Origin: Octopus vulgaris
Taxonomy: Eukaryota
Assembly (NCBI GenBank): GCA_951406725.2
Contig: OX597816.1
Location: 74,276,001-74,340,000 of the forward strand
Length of the DNA: 64,000 nt
Reading direction: 5' to 3'
The notes beneath the pieces were generated by a model. That model did not search any database, was not told the origin of the DNA, and saw nothing but the letters and a program-made list of their open reading frames with translations. A program made the position numbers and the translations under genes. Positions 38,957 through 53,500 of this stretch are shown here, one piece after another (position 1 is the stretch's first letter; every line of letters begins with the position of its first letter).

Positions 38957-40744
38957 CTTTAAATATAAACAATATAATCATGAAAGAAAAACTGCAACAG
39001 ATTTTCTTTGATTCAATTTGCAAAAGAACAAACAAGATCTAAACAATGCCACTATTTTGTGCTTTAGTGTCTTTAGCCAAAGTCACCCTAGTACCAGTAA
39101 CTGAATTAGGTCCATGTTATTTTCATAAGCTACTTCTAATTGCTCCTACCCTTTGAATAGTGCTGTTGCCAAACAATTCAAATAATAAGATTCCCCATCA
39201 GAAACTCCCTCGATGTATCACGCAGTTCTTAAGTCCTAAGGGTGTTTCTATGTTTTACACAGCCTTTCAAGTCCTGAAGGATGTCTTTACTAAGTATGTA
39301 ATAGTACGGCATGCACTGTAACTACACACTGCTGCATCCACCATATGTTGGTGATTCCCGATTCCTGGCTGATGACCCCTTTGCACCCTCCTACCCCATT
39401 GGTCTGTTTGAGTAGTAATTGCTGGTGAGAGTTTTATGGGTTTGGAGTGTAAATCCTACCTCAACCTCTTTTAGTCGCCTTTTATGACATGCAGAGAAAA
39501 CATTGGGTCCATTCTTTGACATGCTGGTCCAAAAACTGTGAAATAAAGTGTTTTGCTCAAGAACACAATAGACCACCTGGTTCGGGAAATTCCTGAACCC
39601 ACAATCTGGCAATCATGTGTACAACATCCCAGTCACTAAGCCACATGCCTTCCCATATTTACAATCGTCATCATCATCATTGTCATCATTTAACGTCCGT
39701 TGTCCACGCTGGTATGGGTTGGACAGTTTGACCAGGCTGGCAAGCTGGAATGCTGCACTAAATGCCACTCTGATTTGGCATGGTTTTCTACAGCTGGATT
39801 CCCTTCCTAATGTCAACCACTCCAAGAGTGTAGTGGGTGCTTTTACATGCCACCAGCACAAGTGCCATTTGTGTGACACCAGTATATGCCATGACTGCAA
39901 TTTTGCTCAGCTTGATGGTTCTTCTTCCTAAGCACGACATAATGCCAAAGGTCTTGGTCATCATCTCCATGAGGCCCAATGCTCAAAATGTATGCATTAC
40001 AAATTTGAGGGAGTTTTTGGTGACTTGTTTAAGAAAACACTTTGATAAAAGAGTTCCTTTGTCAGTGGGTTACTTGAAGTTGTTGATGTGAGGTGATGTA
40101 CAGCAAGGTTGATGTTGTTGCACTGGTTCTAATTCTTTTCTTTTCTATAGTATTTTACTATTTGTTTAGCAGAAATAACAGCATAATCACCCTCAAATTA
40201 CTCCTTGATATCCTAACACTAGAAAAACAATGAAAATTTCAATTCTAAAAACAATGTACCAGAAAATATGACTGGTAAGTCATAGCTGGATTGTCATCCT
40301 AACAATGTTCTCCACTCACTTCTATGTACCCTGTATCTTGAGGGTACACAAAACTTTATCACCACTATTTCTATCTCTTTCTAGCTCCAATCCAGTCTCC
40401 CTTCCTCCCCATCTACTCTCTTTCTCATCCATAATGTGAGTAGTCATGTAGTTCCACTACATCAAGAAACCTGTTCTGTTTTGGACCCTTCTCTCACATT
40501 TCAATCCCTTGTCCAATAGCATAAAAACCTCCTCCCTCTTTGCTGTAACCTAACTCGGTCAAAAGAGATTTTAGTCTTGGAGGAAAAAGAAGCACCTAGC
40601 ACACTCTGTAGAATGACTGGCGTTAGAAAGGGCATCCAGTCATAGAAACCATGCCAAAGTAGATGTTGGTGCTTCCTAAAGTCTTTGGAACTGTTAAATC
40701 CATCAAATCATCCAACCCATGTCAGCAAGGAACATGGATGTTAA

Positions 40745-40894
40745 ATGATGATGATAGTGATGATGATGACGATAACGATGACGATGATGGTGATGGTGAT
40801 GACAATGATGATGGTGGTGATGATGATGATGATGATACTGGTGATGGTAATGAGGGTGATGATGACGATGATGATAGTGATGATGATGGTAGTG

Positions 40895-40928
<34 letters not shown>
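40745..40928. repeat. Expanded (GAT)n tail of a retroposon
   Basis: Imperfect GAT/GAC/GGT triplets, ending 28 nt from an exon donor. Confidence 0.9.
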
Positions 40929-40955
40929 AAATGACCAGTTTTATTGAGGACTCAC

Positions 40956-41038
40956 CTGGTTGTGGTGTAAAGGTCGAACGTCCAGTGTATTTAGAATAAG
41001 CTTCAACTTCTTCTTGGTGTGAAATTGGCACTGCAAAT
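40956..41038 (-). CDS. CEP72: CEP72-family coding exon
   Basis: tttcattag| acceptor and G|gtgagt donor; 83 nt, phase 2 to 1; FAVPISHQEEVEAYSKYTGRSTFTPQP. Confidence 0.85.
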
Positions 41039-41464
41039 CTAATGAAATGCTATTTTAATTAATATCAAATCAGTAAAAGTAATCTAAACTTTGATTTAAA
41101 ATAAACTGTAAGTTCATGATGAAAATATGAAACAGCTTTATTCTTTTATTCGTTTCAGTCATTTGACTGCGGCCATGCTGGAATTGCAGCGATGTTGGAG
41201 GGACAAGCACAGACACACAAACATATACACACACATACATATATATATGTATATATACGACAGGCTTCTTTCAGTTTCCGTCTACCAAATCCACTCACAA
41301 AGCTTTGGTCAGCCTGAAGCTATAGTAGAAGACATTTGCCCAAGGTGCCACACAGTGGGACTGAACCCAGAACCATGTGGCTGGTAAGCAAGCTTCTTAC
41401 CACACAGCCACTCCTGCGCCTATACAGACTTTTTTTTTTATATAACCTCATTTTATTTTTATTA

Positions 41465-41830
41465 ACAACATGTTTTTACAGGAAGAAAAGAAAGAAAAAG
41501 ACATTAAAAGAATAGATCAGATTATCAAGAAAAAACCCCCACAACTACCTCGCTAGAGAAACAAAGAAAAATCTTTTTAAAAAGTGGGGGTGTGAAGCAG
41601 CAGAAGATGTGGGGAGAGTAATAAATTATACACCCCAAACCAAATGGCAAGTTTAGACATGCCTTGCAGATATGATAGCAAAGGTGTTGCCATGGAGAAT
41701 GGCCAGCAACACTCGCTACACCCCACCTTGTGGGACTCATTTCTCAAATAGGCCATAGTTATACCGATTTTGTGGAGGAAATCAGAAGTGCAGGATCCAA
41801 GACCATGTAGTACCAACAAACGGTAGCCGG
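41465..41830 (-). mobile_element. Probable LINE (L1/Tx1-like) 3' end; relative at ~63040-63700
   Basis: Both loci share a TTTTACAGGAAGAAAAGAA...ACATTAAAAG terminus. The clade assignment is weak. Confidence 0.4.
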
Positions 41831-42860
41831 CCAGGTTCCTGTATTTGTTTATTTTGCTCAATTAAAATTATCAAGAAATTAATTTTTACAAATTTAGCAG
41901 GGTGAAGGTGGTGGTGGTTGTTTATAGAATTCAAGACTATTAGACCGAATGCCCTACATCATCATCATCATTTAATGTCCATGCTGGCATGGGTTGGACA
42001 ATTTGACTAGGGCTGGTAAGCTGGAAGGCTGCACCAGACTCCAGTCTGATTTGACATGATTTTCTACAGCTGGATGCCAACCACTTTGAGAGTGCAATGG
42101 TTGCTTTTACATGCCACTGGCACGGTTGCCATTTGCATACCAGTATCTGCCATGACTGTTATTTTGCTCAGCTCAATGGATCTTTTTCTCAAGAACGACA
42201 TAATGCCAAAGGTCTCAGTCATTGCCTCCATGAGGCTCAACATTCAAAAGGAACTCAGCCACTTTGCCTCCCTAATGCTCATAAGGAACTCTTTACATGT
42301 CACTGGCACAGGTGCCAGTTATGTGACACCAACATCAGCCTACAGTGTTTAGTTATGGTCATTTATGTTTTGTGTTCAATTTCCACAAGGGTTAACTTTA
42401 TATTTCAACATTGCAGGTTCAATAAAATATAGATCCAAACAAACCCTTATCATCAACTGTTTCCTTCCCAACAAAATCTTGACATTTTCTGAGCAGGCAT
42501 GGCTATGTGGTTAAGATGCTTGCTTCCTAACCACATGGTTCTGGATTCAGTCCCATCGTGTGGCATCTTGGATAAGTGTCTTTCACTATAACCCCAGGCT
42601 GATCAAAGCCTGTAAGAAGCCCATCGAATATATATTCTTTTATTCTCTCACTTGTTTCAGTCATTTGACTGCAGCTATGCTGGAGCACCACTTTTAGTCG
42701 AGCAAATCTGCCCCAGAACTTATTCTTTGTAAGCCTAGTACTTATTCTATCGGTCTCTTTTACTGAACTACTAAGTTAAGTGGTCATAAACACACCATCA
42801 TCAGTTGTCAAGAGATGGTGTGGGGACAAACATAGACACACAAACATATACATACATACA

Positions 42861-42917
<57 letters not shown>

Positions 42918-45627
42918 GATGGGCTTCTTTCAGTTTCTGTCTACCAAATCCACTCATGGTTTTGGTCAGCTCAAGGCTATAGTGCTTCTTTCAGTTTCCG
43001 TCTACCAAACACACTCACAAAGTTTTGGTCAGCCTGAGGCTATAGTAGAAGACACTTGCCCAAGGTGCCATGCAATGGGACTGAACCTGGAACCATGTGG
43101 TTGGTAAGCAACCTACTTACCATACAGCCACTCCTGCACCTATATATATATATATCTTTTATTTTTTATCTTTTATTTATTTTATTTCTTAGCCTGCGGT
43201 CATGCTAGGGCACTGCTTTAAGGAAGTTTTAATTAAATGAATCTACCCAAAAAAACTCTTTTCTTAAAAGCCTGGTATTTATTCTATCGGTTTCTTTTGC
43301 CAAACTACTAAGTTACAAGGACATAAATACACCAACACCAGTTGTCACGTGGTGGTGGGGGGGGGGGGGCAAACACACACATACACACACACACACACAC
43401 AACCACAGATACATAACAGGCTTCTTTCAGCCTGAGACCAAGGTGTCACACTGTGGGACTGAACCCAGAATCATGTGGTTGGGAAGCAAGCTTCTTACCA
43501 CACAGCCTTGTATGCATATGTATATGTGAGTGTGTGTGTATATGTTTGTTTGTGTACCCTTGTCTAGACATCAAGGGATGGTTGTAAATGAGCCTCACTG
43601 TCATACAAGCAAGGTTGTTCATTTCCAGTCTTCTGTGAAAAATATGTCTGGCCATGGAAATGTATTACCTAGCCTGGTAAATGGAAAAACATCCAGCTGT
43701 AGAAAAATCTGCCTTGACAATTGGAAAAGTGGACATTAAATGATGATAACGATGATGATGGTGGTGGTGGTGGTGGTGGTGGTGATGATGATGATGTCAG
43801 AAATCAATATTAATAGATTTAGTATCAATAAAGTATTACTAGATCAATAAATTGACATGCACATTTGAAGGATAGCAGATCAATCGTTTCTTCCCCCATA
43901 TTGAATGTGAGAGACATCTTGTGGTAATATCAGGAATCAATAATAAAAAATTTTGTGCCAATAACACTGTACTGAATCAATAAAATTGACAATATTCCTC
44001 TTCCATTTTCGAGGCTTTGAGGTTATGTTAGAAACCAATATTCTTTTCTACTCTAGGCACAAGGCCTGAAATTTTGGGAGAGTGGGGGCCAGTCGATTGG
44101 ATTGACTCCAGTACACAACTGGTACTTAATTTATCAACCCCGAAAGAATGAAAGGCAAAGTCGAACTCGGCAGATTTTGAACTCAGAATGTAAAGACAAA
44201 TAAAAATCTCTTTGCTTTTCTACTCCAGGCACAAGACCTGGAATTTGTGGGGAGGAGGTCACTTGATTAGATCGACACCAGTATGCAACTGGTACTTTAT
44301 CTATTGACCCCGAAAGGATGAAAGTCAAAGTCATCTTTGGCAGAATTTGAACTGAGAACATAAAGACAAATTAATACTGAGTGTTTGGCATTATATCATG
44401 CTTGAGAAGACCCATCAAGCTGAGCAAAAATCGCAGTCATGGCAGATACTGGTATCATGCAAATTGGCACCCATGCCAGTGGTATGTAAATGCAGCATGG
44501 TGTCACACAAATGGCACCAGTGGCATATAAAAGCACCCATTGCACTCTCGGAGTGGTTGGCACTAGGAAGGGTGTCCAGCCATAGAAAACCATACCAAAT
44601 CAAACTGGAGTTGGGTGCAGCCTTCCAGCGTGCCAGCCCAGTCAAACCATCTAACTCGTGCTAGCATGGACAATAGACATTAAATGACGATGATAATGAT
44701 GCTGATTTCAAAATTTTCTTTGGTGTTTCAGTAGCACAGAGTTTTATTCTGGAGGTACAACCATTTTTTTAAAATTATGTTTAAAATATCTTGCAGGTTT
44801 TCATGTTTTTTCAGATATTGTTGTTCAATGTGCAGGTGTGGCTGTGCGGTAAGAAGTCTGCTTCCCAACCACATGGTTCCAGGTTCAGCCGCACTGCATG
44901 GCACCTTGAACACCTTAGACTGACCAAAGCATTGTGAGTGGATTTGGGAGATGGAAACTGAAAGAAGCCGGTTGTATTCATGTATGTGTATGTGTGTGTC
45001 TTTGTGTTTGTCCTCCTACTACCACTTGATAACCGGTGTTGATGTGTTTAGATCCCTGTAACTTAGTGGTTTGGCAAAGGGAACCAACAGAATAAGTAAG
45101 CAGCTTAAAAAAAAAAGTGAGTACTGGGGCTGATACATTCAAGTAAAAATTTTTCATAGCAGTGCCCCAGCATGGCCTCTGTCTAATGAATAAAACAAGT
45201 AAAAGATAGAAGATAAAAGATTCCTTTTAAATGCGAAAATTACCCAGACATTTTCTGCCATGTTTGTGGTACTTGTTATAAGATTTTGTCTCAGTCATGT
45301 TTTCACAAAGTTATAGCACGCAAAAAGCACCATTCAAATGTGATCAATGCCAGGCACACCTGACTGGCCCCTGTGCTAGTGGCACATAAAAAGCACCCAC
45401 TACACTCTCAGAGTGGTTGGCATTAAGAAGAGCTTCCAGCTGTAGAAACATTGCTAGATCAGATTGGAACCTGGTGCAGCCATCTGGCTCTCCAGAGCTC
45501 AGTCAAACTGTCCGATCAATGCCAGCATGGAAAACGGATGATGATTGGTGAATGACTTTGGTTCTATACAACCAGCCATCATTTGCAGAGTGTGTGAATA
45601 GATAACATTATTTACAATGGACAAATA

Positions 45628-46918
45628 CGAGGGACGTTCAGTAAGTAATGCCCCTGACCCACTTGTTGTTGTTTGATCTTGCTGAAATTTTGCATGTGCA
45701 ATTATTCATATCTCTATAGATTACGTGGCAAATTACAGCTCTGAACTAATTGTGGTTTCTGATTTACAGGTGTTTGAACTGAGTCAAGTGTGAAATGGAG
45801 CCTGTTGAGTGTCGAGCAATGATCCGGGTTTTGTATTTGAAAGGATGCACACCACGGGAGACTTTTGATGAAATGAAAGTAACTTATGATAATGATGCCC
45901 CATCATATGAACTTGTAAAACGCTGGCATCGTGAATTCAAACATGGTCGGAACTCTGTGGAAACAGCCCCCAGATCTGGTCACCCTCCTTCTGCCATTGA
46001 TGAGGCATCTGTCCGTCAAGTTGAGGCTGCCATTTTGGAAGATCGACGCATAACTATTCGCCAAATAGCCCATGAGGTCAAGATTAGTACCGGGTCTGTG
46101 GAAACTATCATTCATGACCATTTGCATATGCAAAAGGTGTCTGCCTGATGGATTCCCATGTTGCTCACACCTTTCCAGAAGCAAGAACGCGTCGAGTGCT
46201 CGAGGATGAATTTGGAGATGTGCCAAGAAGATGAGTCAAAATTTTTCAAAAGACTGATTACACAGGATGAAACCTGGGTCCATCACCATGATCCAGAGAC
46301 CAAAGCCCAGTCAATGCAGTGGAAACACCGTGACTCACCTCCTCCAAAGAAGGCAAGGGTGCAGCCCTCTGCTGGCAAGGTCATGCTCACAGTCTTCTGG
46401 GATGAGGACGGAGTAGAGATGACAGATTTCCTGGCAAAAGGTACCACAATTACAGGAGCCTATTATGCTTCACTTTTGAGGAAATTAAGAGAAGCTATCA
46501 AAATCAAGAGGCGGGGCAAGATCAGCAAAGACATCCTCCTCCTGCAGGACAATGCTCCGGTCCACAACTCAATGGTCGCCAGATCAGAAGCACAGGCATG
46601 CGGCTATGAACTCTTTCCCCAAACTCCTACTCTCCTGACCTTGCACCCTCTGATTTTCACCTCTTCCCAGCCATGAAGTTGTTTTTGAAAGGAAAGCGTT
46701 TCCCAGATGATGCAGCCTTGATTTCTGAAGTCAGGTCGTGGTTGGAGGACCAAGCTGGGGTCTTCTACAAAACGGTCTCTAGAGCTGCATCAAACGATGG
46801 GAGAAATGTATAACTCTAGGTGGTTCCTATGTAAAAGAAGACTAATAACTGTGCCAAGTGTCGTTGCTCTACTGCTATGGGAAGTGGGTCAGGGGCATTA
46901 CTTATTGAATGCCCCTCG
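45628..46918 (+). mobile_element. Full-length mariner transposon (1291 bp)
   Basis: 37-bp TIRs (CGAGGG(A/G)C...GCCCCTGACCCACTT, 3 mismatches); TA TSD at 45626-45627 and 46919-46920. Confidence 0.96.
45795..46845 (+). pseudogene. Mariner transposase, inactivated
   Basis: HTH region, WIP, QDETW, QDNAP and YSPDLAPSDF motifs; TGA at 46146-46148 and a frameshift near 46620. Confidence 0.93.
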
Positions 46919-46920
46919 TA

Positions 46921-47318
46921 GGTGTCCCCATCTTGTTTATTGTTACCACAATGTTTCAGCTGATGTACTCTCCAACCTTCATTAGTTGTTCTGGTGGAAT
47001 TTCAAACCCAACCCTTAATTTGACTAATGGACTACTCTGTTCTCATTCCTAAGATATTCATTTTTTTTTTTTGCTGATGTTATTTTATTTTTTTCTGTTG
47101 ATATTATTTCTTAAGTCCCTGCTTCAGATTGAACTCAGAATCCGAAATTTAGTAGCCAGCACTCTTATCCACTATGCTATATGCCCAGCAGATCATCTGA
47201 TGAAGGCTGGAGAGTAAGTCAGCCGAAATGTTGTGGTTACAACAAACAGGGTAAGGACATCTATCTGTCCATTGTAAATAATCTACATAATTCCTCATCT
47301 CAAAAGTATAGACTAGTA
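46921..47318. mobile_element. Head-to-head tRNA/hammerhead cassette (left arm continues at 45605-45625 beyond the mariner)
   Basis: Minus arm with tRNA head ~47115-47186 and hammerhead ~46945-46990; plus arm starts at hammerhead 47191-47238 and has a tail. Confidence 0.75.
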
Positions 47319-47898
47319 TGTACCATGCTTTCATCGATTGCTTATGGTGATTATGTAATGGTGAGCTGACATGAACATCATCTAAGTCTCAGCACTGTTC
47401 ACTCAGGGACACATCTAGGATGTGATAGCTGGAGGTAAAGAGAGCTATGCCAGCACCAACAGTACCATCAACAGCAGCAGCAGCAGCAGCACCAGCAGCA
47501 GCACCACCATCATCATTTAACATCCGTTTTCCATGCTGGTGCAAGTCTGATGGTTTGACAGAAGCCGTTGTCCGTTTTGGCATGGTTTTTACAGCTGGAT
47601 GTTCTTCCTAACACCAACCACATTACAGAGCCCACTGGGTGCGTTTTATGTGACACCAGCATCGACAGGGCCACCAAACAACTTGAAAGATAACCATCTG
47701 ATAATTATTTACAACTGAGTAGACTGAAGCAATATGAAATGAAGTTAATTGTTCAAAAAAAAAAATGTTATTATTGCCTATCCCAGAAAGTGAACCCTGG
47801 CCCTTATGATTGTGAGCCAAACACCCTAACCACTAGACCACTGGAAATAACAATGTAATTGTGAAAAAATGTAAATAACCAAAGTTATTGAGGTTTAC

Positions 47899-48032
47899 TT
47901 GGTTTGATATGTCTGAGCTTTTGGTTGTGTTTCACTGCTCCCACTGTCTAATTTTGAGTAGTCTGAGTAGATTCCATCATTCAGAGACTTGTGTTTCTCA
48001 GAGTTTGCAGCATCTTCTGATGTCACTCTGCT
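47899..48032 (-). CDS. CEP72: CEP72-family coding exon
   Basis: ttttctttatcctttcag| acceptor and |gtaaac donor; 134 nt, phase 0 to 2; SRVTSEDAAN...QTYQT. Confidence 0.82.
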
Positions 48033-48343
48033 CTGAAAGGATAAAGAAAATGGATTACTTTAATAAGGAATAATAAAGGGACAGCAGTGATAATGTGGTC
48101 TTGGGTTCAGTCCCATTGCATGGCACCTTGGACAAAATGTCTTTCACTATAACCCTGAGCAGACCAAAGCCTTGTGAGTGGCTTTGGGAGAGCAAAACTA
48201 AAAGAAAGCCATCATGTGCATGCATGCGCATGCGTGTGTGTGTGGGGGAATACATATATATATAAATATATATACACACACACATATATATAATTAAATA
48301 GTGCAATACAGTAGTATTGCTTCCCAGTAAAACAAAGCACCAG

Positions 48344-48379
<36 letters not shown>

Positions 48380-50133
48380 TATATCTTTTTTTCCATTTTT
48401 ACTTATTTCAGTGATTAGATAGTGGTCATGCTGGAGCACTGCCTTGAAGAATTTTTAGTCAAATGAATGGACCCCAGTAATTATATTCTTTTTAAAAGCC
48501 TGGTACTTATTCTATTAGTCTCTTTGGCCGAACCACTAAATTATGGGGATGTAAACACACCAACACTGGTTGTCAAACAGTGGTGCGTGACAATCACAGA
48601 CACAAAGTCACACACACACATATATGACGGGCTTCTTTCAGTTTCCATCTACTAAATCCACACAGATGGTTTTGGTTGGCCTAAGGCTATAGTAGAAGAC
48701 ACTTACCTCTAGGTACCATGCAGTGGGACTGAGCCTGGAACTATGTGATCGGGAAGTAAGATTCTTACCACAAAGCCATATGTGTGTGTGTGTGCATATG
48801 AAGGTTGCTTCCCTACCACATGGTTTCATCTTCAGTTCCGTTGCATGGTATTTTGAGCAATTGTCTTCCACTACAGCCTTGGGCCAAGTAGAGCCTTGTG
48901 AGTGAATGCGTAAGAGACAGAAACTGAGAGAAGCCCATAGTATATACACATGTATACATATACATTTGTGTGTGTGTGAGCCTGAGTGTGTGTGTATGTT
49001 AGTGTCCTCATCATACAAATCATGTCCTTCATTTCCAATCTTCCATGCAAACATGCCTGGCCAACACATGTTACTTGCAAACAACACACATGCACACACA
49101 CACACACAGAGTCCAAAACTAATTAATTCATTTCAAAAGTGACTGTGTTTTAGGCTTCTCATCATTATTTTTATATTTCCAACCTCAACTTTAGACATTG
49201 CAACCATTTTATTAAAAGTATTTATACTAGCTTGTTTATTGATCTGTTGTCTTATATATGTGTGTGTATGTGTAGATATATATATGTGTGTATGTATATA
49301 TATGTGTATACACACACGTATCAGCTGAAACAGCTGTCAGTTTTTAGTTTGTCTATTGCAATACTAAAACTGCAAAATATAGATATGTGTTTTCTGTGGC
49401 TGGGAAATTGTGTTTAATAGTCATACCATGGAATTAAGACCAGCTGGTGGCTGGCTAAATAACACATATACAAATATACAGACAGTGTACAATATAGTGA
49501 AGAGACAGAAATACAAAATGGAAATATATGGAGTCGACTGGGCATTTAATCAATATGGAAATCAACAAACATTTCAATAAATCTCAAGTATTTAAAGATG
49601 AGGTTTTGTAATTTTAATGCTAGTAAACTTATACAAGGCATGGCTGTATGATTTAAGAGGTTCGCGTTGCAACCGTGTGGTATCAATCCCACTGTATGGC
49701 ACTTTACACCTTTCTTTATTGTATTTCTGTTGAGATGCTCTGGGTTTCTTTCAATTAATTTTAAATATAACAAAGAATTTAGTAAAATAACTTAGTTATC
49801 ATTAAGCTGGCGTTAGGAACATAAATTGTGACTAAGGTTTTAATTCAAAACTTATGAAAACAAGACATTTGTACTACTGAGCCAGAACTGGTTTCAGCCA
49901 GGTTGGTAACGAAAGGGTTTAAGATGAGGTTTTGTAATTCTAATAATAGTAAAGTATAAAAGGTGTGACTGTGTGATTTAAGAAGTTCACATTGCAACCA
50001 TGTGGTTTCAATCCCACCATGGCACCTTAAGCAAGTATTTTCTGCTATAATCCAATGCTGATTAATTGTCTTCTAAGTGGATTTATTAGACAGTAAATGA
50101 GTAGAAACTCATTCTATATATGCATTCACACAT

Positions 50134-50168
<35 letters not shown>

Positions 50169-50415
50169 CTTAAGTGCCACTCTTGAGAATTTCGGCTTCT
50201 CAAAACTAGAAAGGAGACAGATAGTTAAAAGATTACAGATTCAAGCCATCAAGGGAACTGTCAAAATCTGTAAAACTTTCTAGAAGTTTAGCATTTCAGT
50301 ACATGTGTGCATGTCTAGACATGCAATTGTATGCATGAGAATACATACATAAAACAAAACATGCAAATCTGCACATGCACATGCCTCCAAATATTGCACA
50401 CATTCATACAAACAT

Positions 50416-50535
50416 GCACAAGTACCCTGGATTTATATTAGAAAACTGGTTCTTTCTCTACTGGCAAGAAATCTTGCACAAGTACCCTGGATTTATATTA
50501 GAAAACTGGTTCTTTCTCTACTGGCAAGAAATCTT
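50416..50535. repeat. Perfect 60-bp tandem duplication
   Basis: GCACAAGTACCCTGG...GCAAGAAATCTT occurs twice in tandem. Confidence 0.95.
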
Positions 50536-53500
50536 GAAATAAACTGACTGATAATACGTGTGTGTGTGTGTGTGTATGTTTGTGTTTGTCCACCACCACT
50601 TGGTTTTTGTATGCTCCTGGAACTTAGCATTTCAACATGGCTGCACTCCAACAACTGAAATACTTGAAATATGAACTTGAAGGGCCAGGTGAAGCACCCA
50701 AAGGGCTACGTTCTGTTTGGGCCTCTGCAACCATTCAGTAAATAAATATAATTTTAATTGCTACCATCGTGTAATCTGCAGTGTTTAATTTGACTTTTAA
50801 GTGATAACAATGACGACGACGATAATGATGCTGACAATACTGATGATGACAGTGATGACGACGGCGGCGGCGGTGGCGGCAATGATGATGCTGGTGGCTC
50901 CCTGTTTCTGGATTCACATTCCACCAAATTTGATTTTAGTATCAACTCTTCTTGGCTTTAGTGATATCAGTTATATACCAGGTTTCAATTGGTATTCTTC
51001 TTCCTCTGAAAAGTTCCATTCTGGCACTTGGCACTAAGTGCTGTGCTTCTTTCATTAAATGTTTTAGGTGCCTACGTAGTCACAAGCAAACTTGCAAACC
51101 TTCTCAATGCTTACACTCTTGACCTGGTGAACACTGAGGATGTGACAGCTGGAGTGAGAAAGGGCTGCACCAGGAACCAATAGGCGCTCATTTTCAATGG
51201 AAAAATATGAAATGAAGTGCCTTGCTCAAGGATACACAACACCACAACCCTGTTACTCAAGGTATCGAACCAACAACCTGATAATTATGAATCCAATATC
51301 TCAATCACATGACCACATACCACCCTAGCACTTATTCAAACAAAATACCTGGTTTTGATTCTGCAACATTATTGATTCTGTTATTGATCGATGCCATTGA
51401 CTGGCTCGTGTGCCAGTGGCACGTAAAAAGCACCATCCGAATATGATCGTTGCCAGGCCTACCTGACTGGCTCCTGTACTGGTGGCACGTAAAAAGCACC
51501 ATCCAAATGTGATCATTGCCAGGCCTACCTGACTGGCTCCTGTGCCAGTGGAACATAAAAAGCACCATCCAAATGTGATCATTGCCAGGCCCGCCTGACT
51601 GGCTCCTGTGCTGGTGGCACGTAAAAAGCACTCTTGAAGTGGTTGGTGTTAGAAAGGGCATCCAGCTGTAGAAACTTTGCCAGATCAGATTGGAGACTGT
51701 TGCTGTCCCTGGCTCTCCAGACCTCAGTCAAACCATCTAATCCATGCCAGCATGGAAAATAGAAGTTAAACGATGATGATGAAGATGATGATGATGATGG
51801 CAGACAAAATTTTCCAATTCCTTCCTTTAACTCTTTGGATTACAATCCCCTTGAAACTATCCTTCGATCTATGACACAAACTTCCTGTTTGAAAGTGATC
51901 TAAATTGAAATCATCCATCAAAATTTCAGCTTCATTTATGTTCCAAACACCAGTTAAATAATGACAAAGATATTTTTCTAAATTCGTCATTACTTTCATA
52001 ATTGATTTAAACAAAAGCAATGTATTTCAACAGAAATATGGTAACAAAAGGGTTAAAGTGATCTAAATTAAAACCTTCCAAACACCAGCTTAATAATCCT
52101 TTCTGCTAAAATCCCTGAATGCCCTAAGCACATGTTTGAGGGAAGGGACAAATCGATTACATCGACCTCATCCCCCACCCCCAGTGTTTCACGGGTACTT
52201 ACTTCATTGACCCCAAATGGATGAAAGGCAAAGTTGACCTCGGTGGAATTTGAATTCAGAATGTAATGACAGGCGAAATAGTGCTAAGCACTTTGTCCAG
52301 TGTGCTAACGATTCTGCCAGATCACCACCTTACACCAGCTTAATAATGACAAGGAGATTTTACTAAATTAAAGTGAAACAAAGGCAATGGATTTCAACAG
52401 AATTGTGGTAACAACAGGTTTAAAAACATCAGTGTTTCTTATAATTGTAAAACAAACTGATGTTTTCGTTTTCAAGCTTTCCAGAAAAACAAAATATTCT
52501 TTATAGAAAAATAAAGACATACGAGATCACTCACATTAGCATTAGTTGTTTGCTTTGGGTCAGATGGTTCTTTTGATTTCATCTGTTTCAGGGCTAAAAT
52601 AATAAACAGAGTAAATTTTAATCATAAACCCAAATATAGAGACTGTATAAACAAGAAAGTGTATGTAAGATACATGTGTGTGTGTGTGGTGGGGTACTGC
52701 TAGGTTGTGAAACACAGACAATAACAATGGAAAGTGTAGAAGGGGTTACTGAAGAGAAAGGAATTGAGCATAATCCAGGACTGGTTTAAGAACCATAGAA
52801 GCCCAAAGCACTTGAAAGATTCTGGTGCTCTCATATGGATGTAATTCAAGATATAAACAATAATAAACCATGAAATAAATCTCTGTTTTTCAAAATGAAA
52901 CAAAACTAACAGTAAAATGGAAAATAATGTTTATTTTTGTGCACAGTAATCCCTTGCCATATTGCAGTTCATCTATCACGGTTTATTATTTAAGCTTATG
53001 TTGATTCCTCCATGGTGTTGTTTTGCATTTATAATATAATAATCATCATCATCATTGTTTCACGTCCGTTTTCCATGCTGGCATGGGTTGGATGGTTTGA
53101 CTAAGGTCTGGAGGGCCAGCAGCTGCACCAGGCTCGAATCTGATCTGGCAGTGTTTTGACAGCTGGATGCCCTTCCTAATGCCAACCACTCCAAGAGTGT
53201 AATGGGTGCTCTTTATGTGCCACTGGCACATGAGCCAGTTTGGCAGGCCTGGCATAGATCACATTTGGATGGTGCTTTTTACATGTCACCGGCATGGGAG
53301 CCAGTCAACAGGTCCTGGCATTGGCCACGTTTGGATGGTGCTTTTCACATGCCACCGGCACAAGAGCCAGTCAGGGGATACTGGCATCAGCCATGTTTGG
53401 TTGGTGCATTTTATATGCCACCAGCATGGGAGCCAGTCAAGCGGACCTTGCATTGACCACGTTCAGATGGTGCTTTTTACGTGCCACCTGCACAGGAGCC

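Noticed and set aside
50754-50960. Extra CEP72 exon (Pro/Ser-rich ORF)
   Set aside because: Triplet-repeat derived with poor splice sites; the flanking exons already join in phase.
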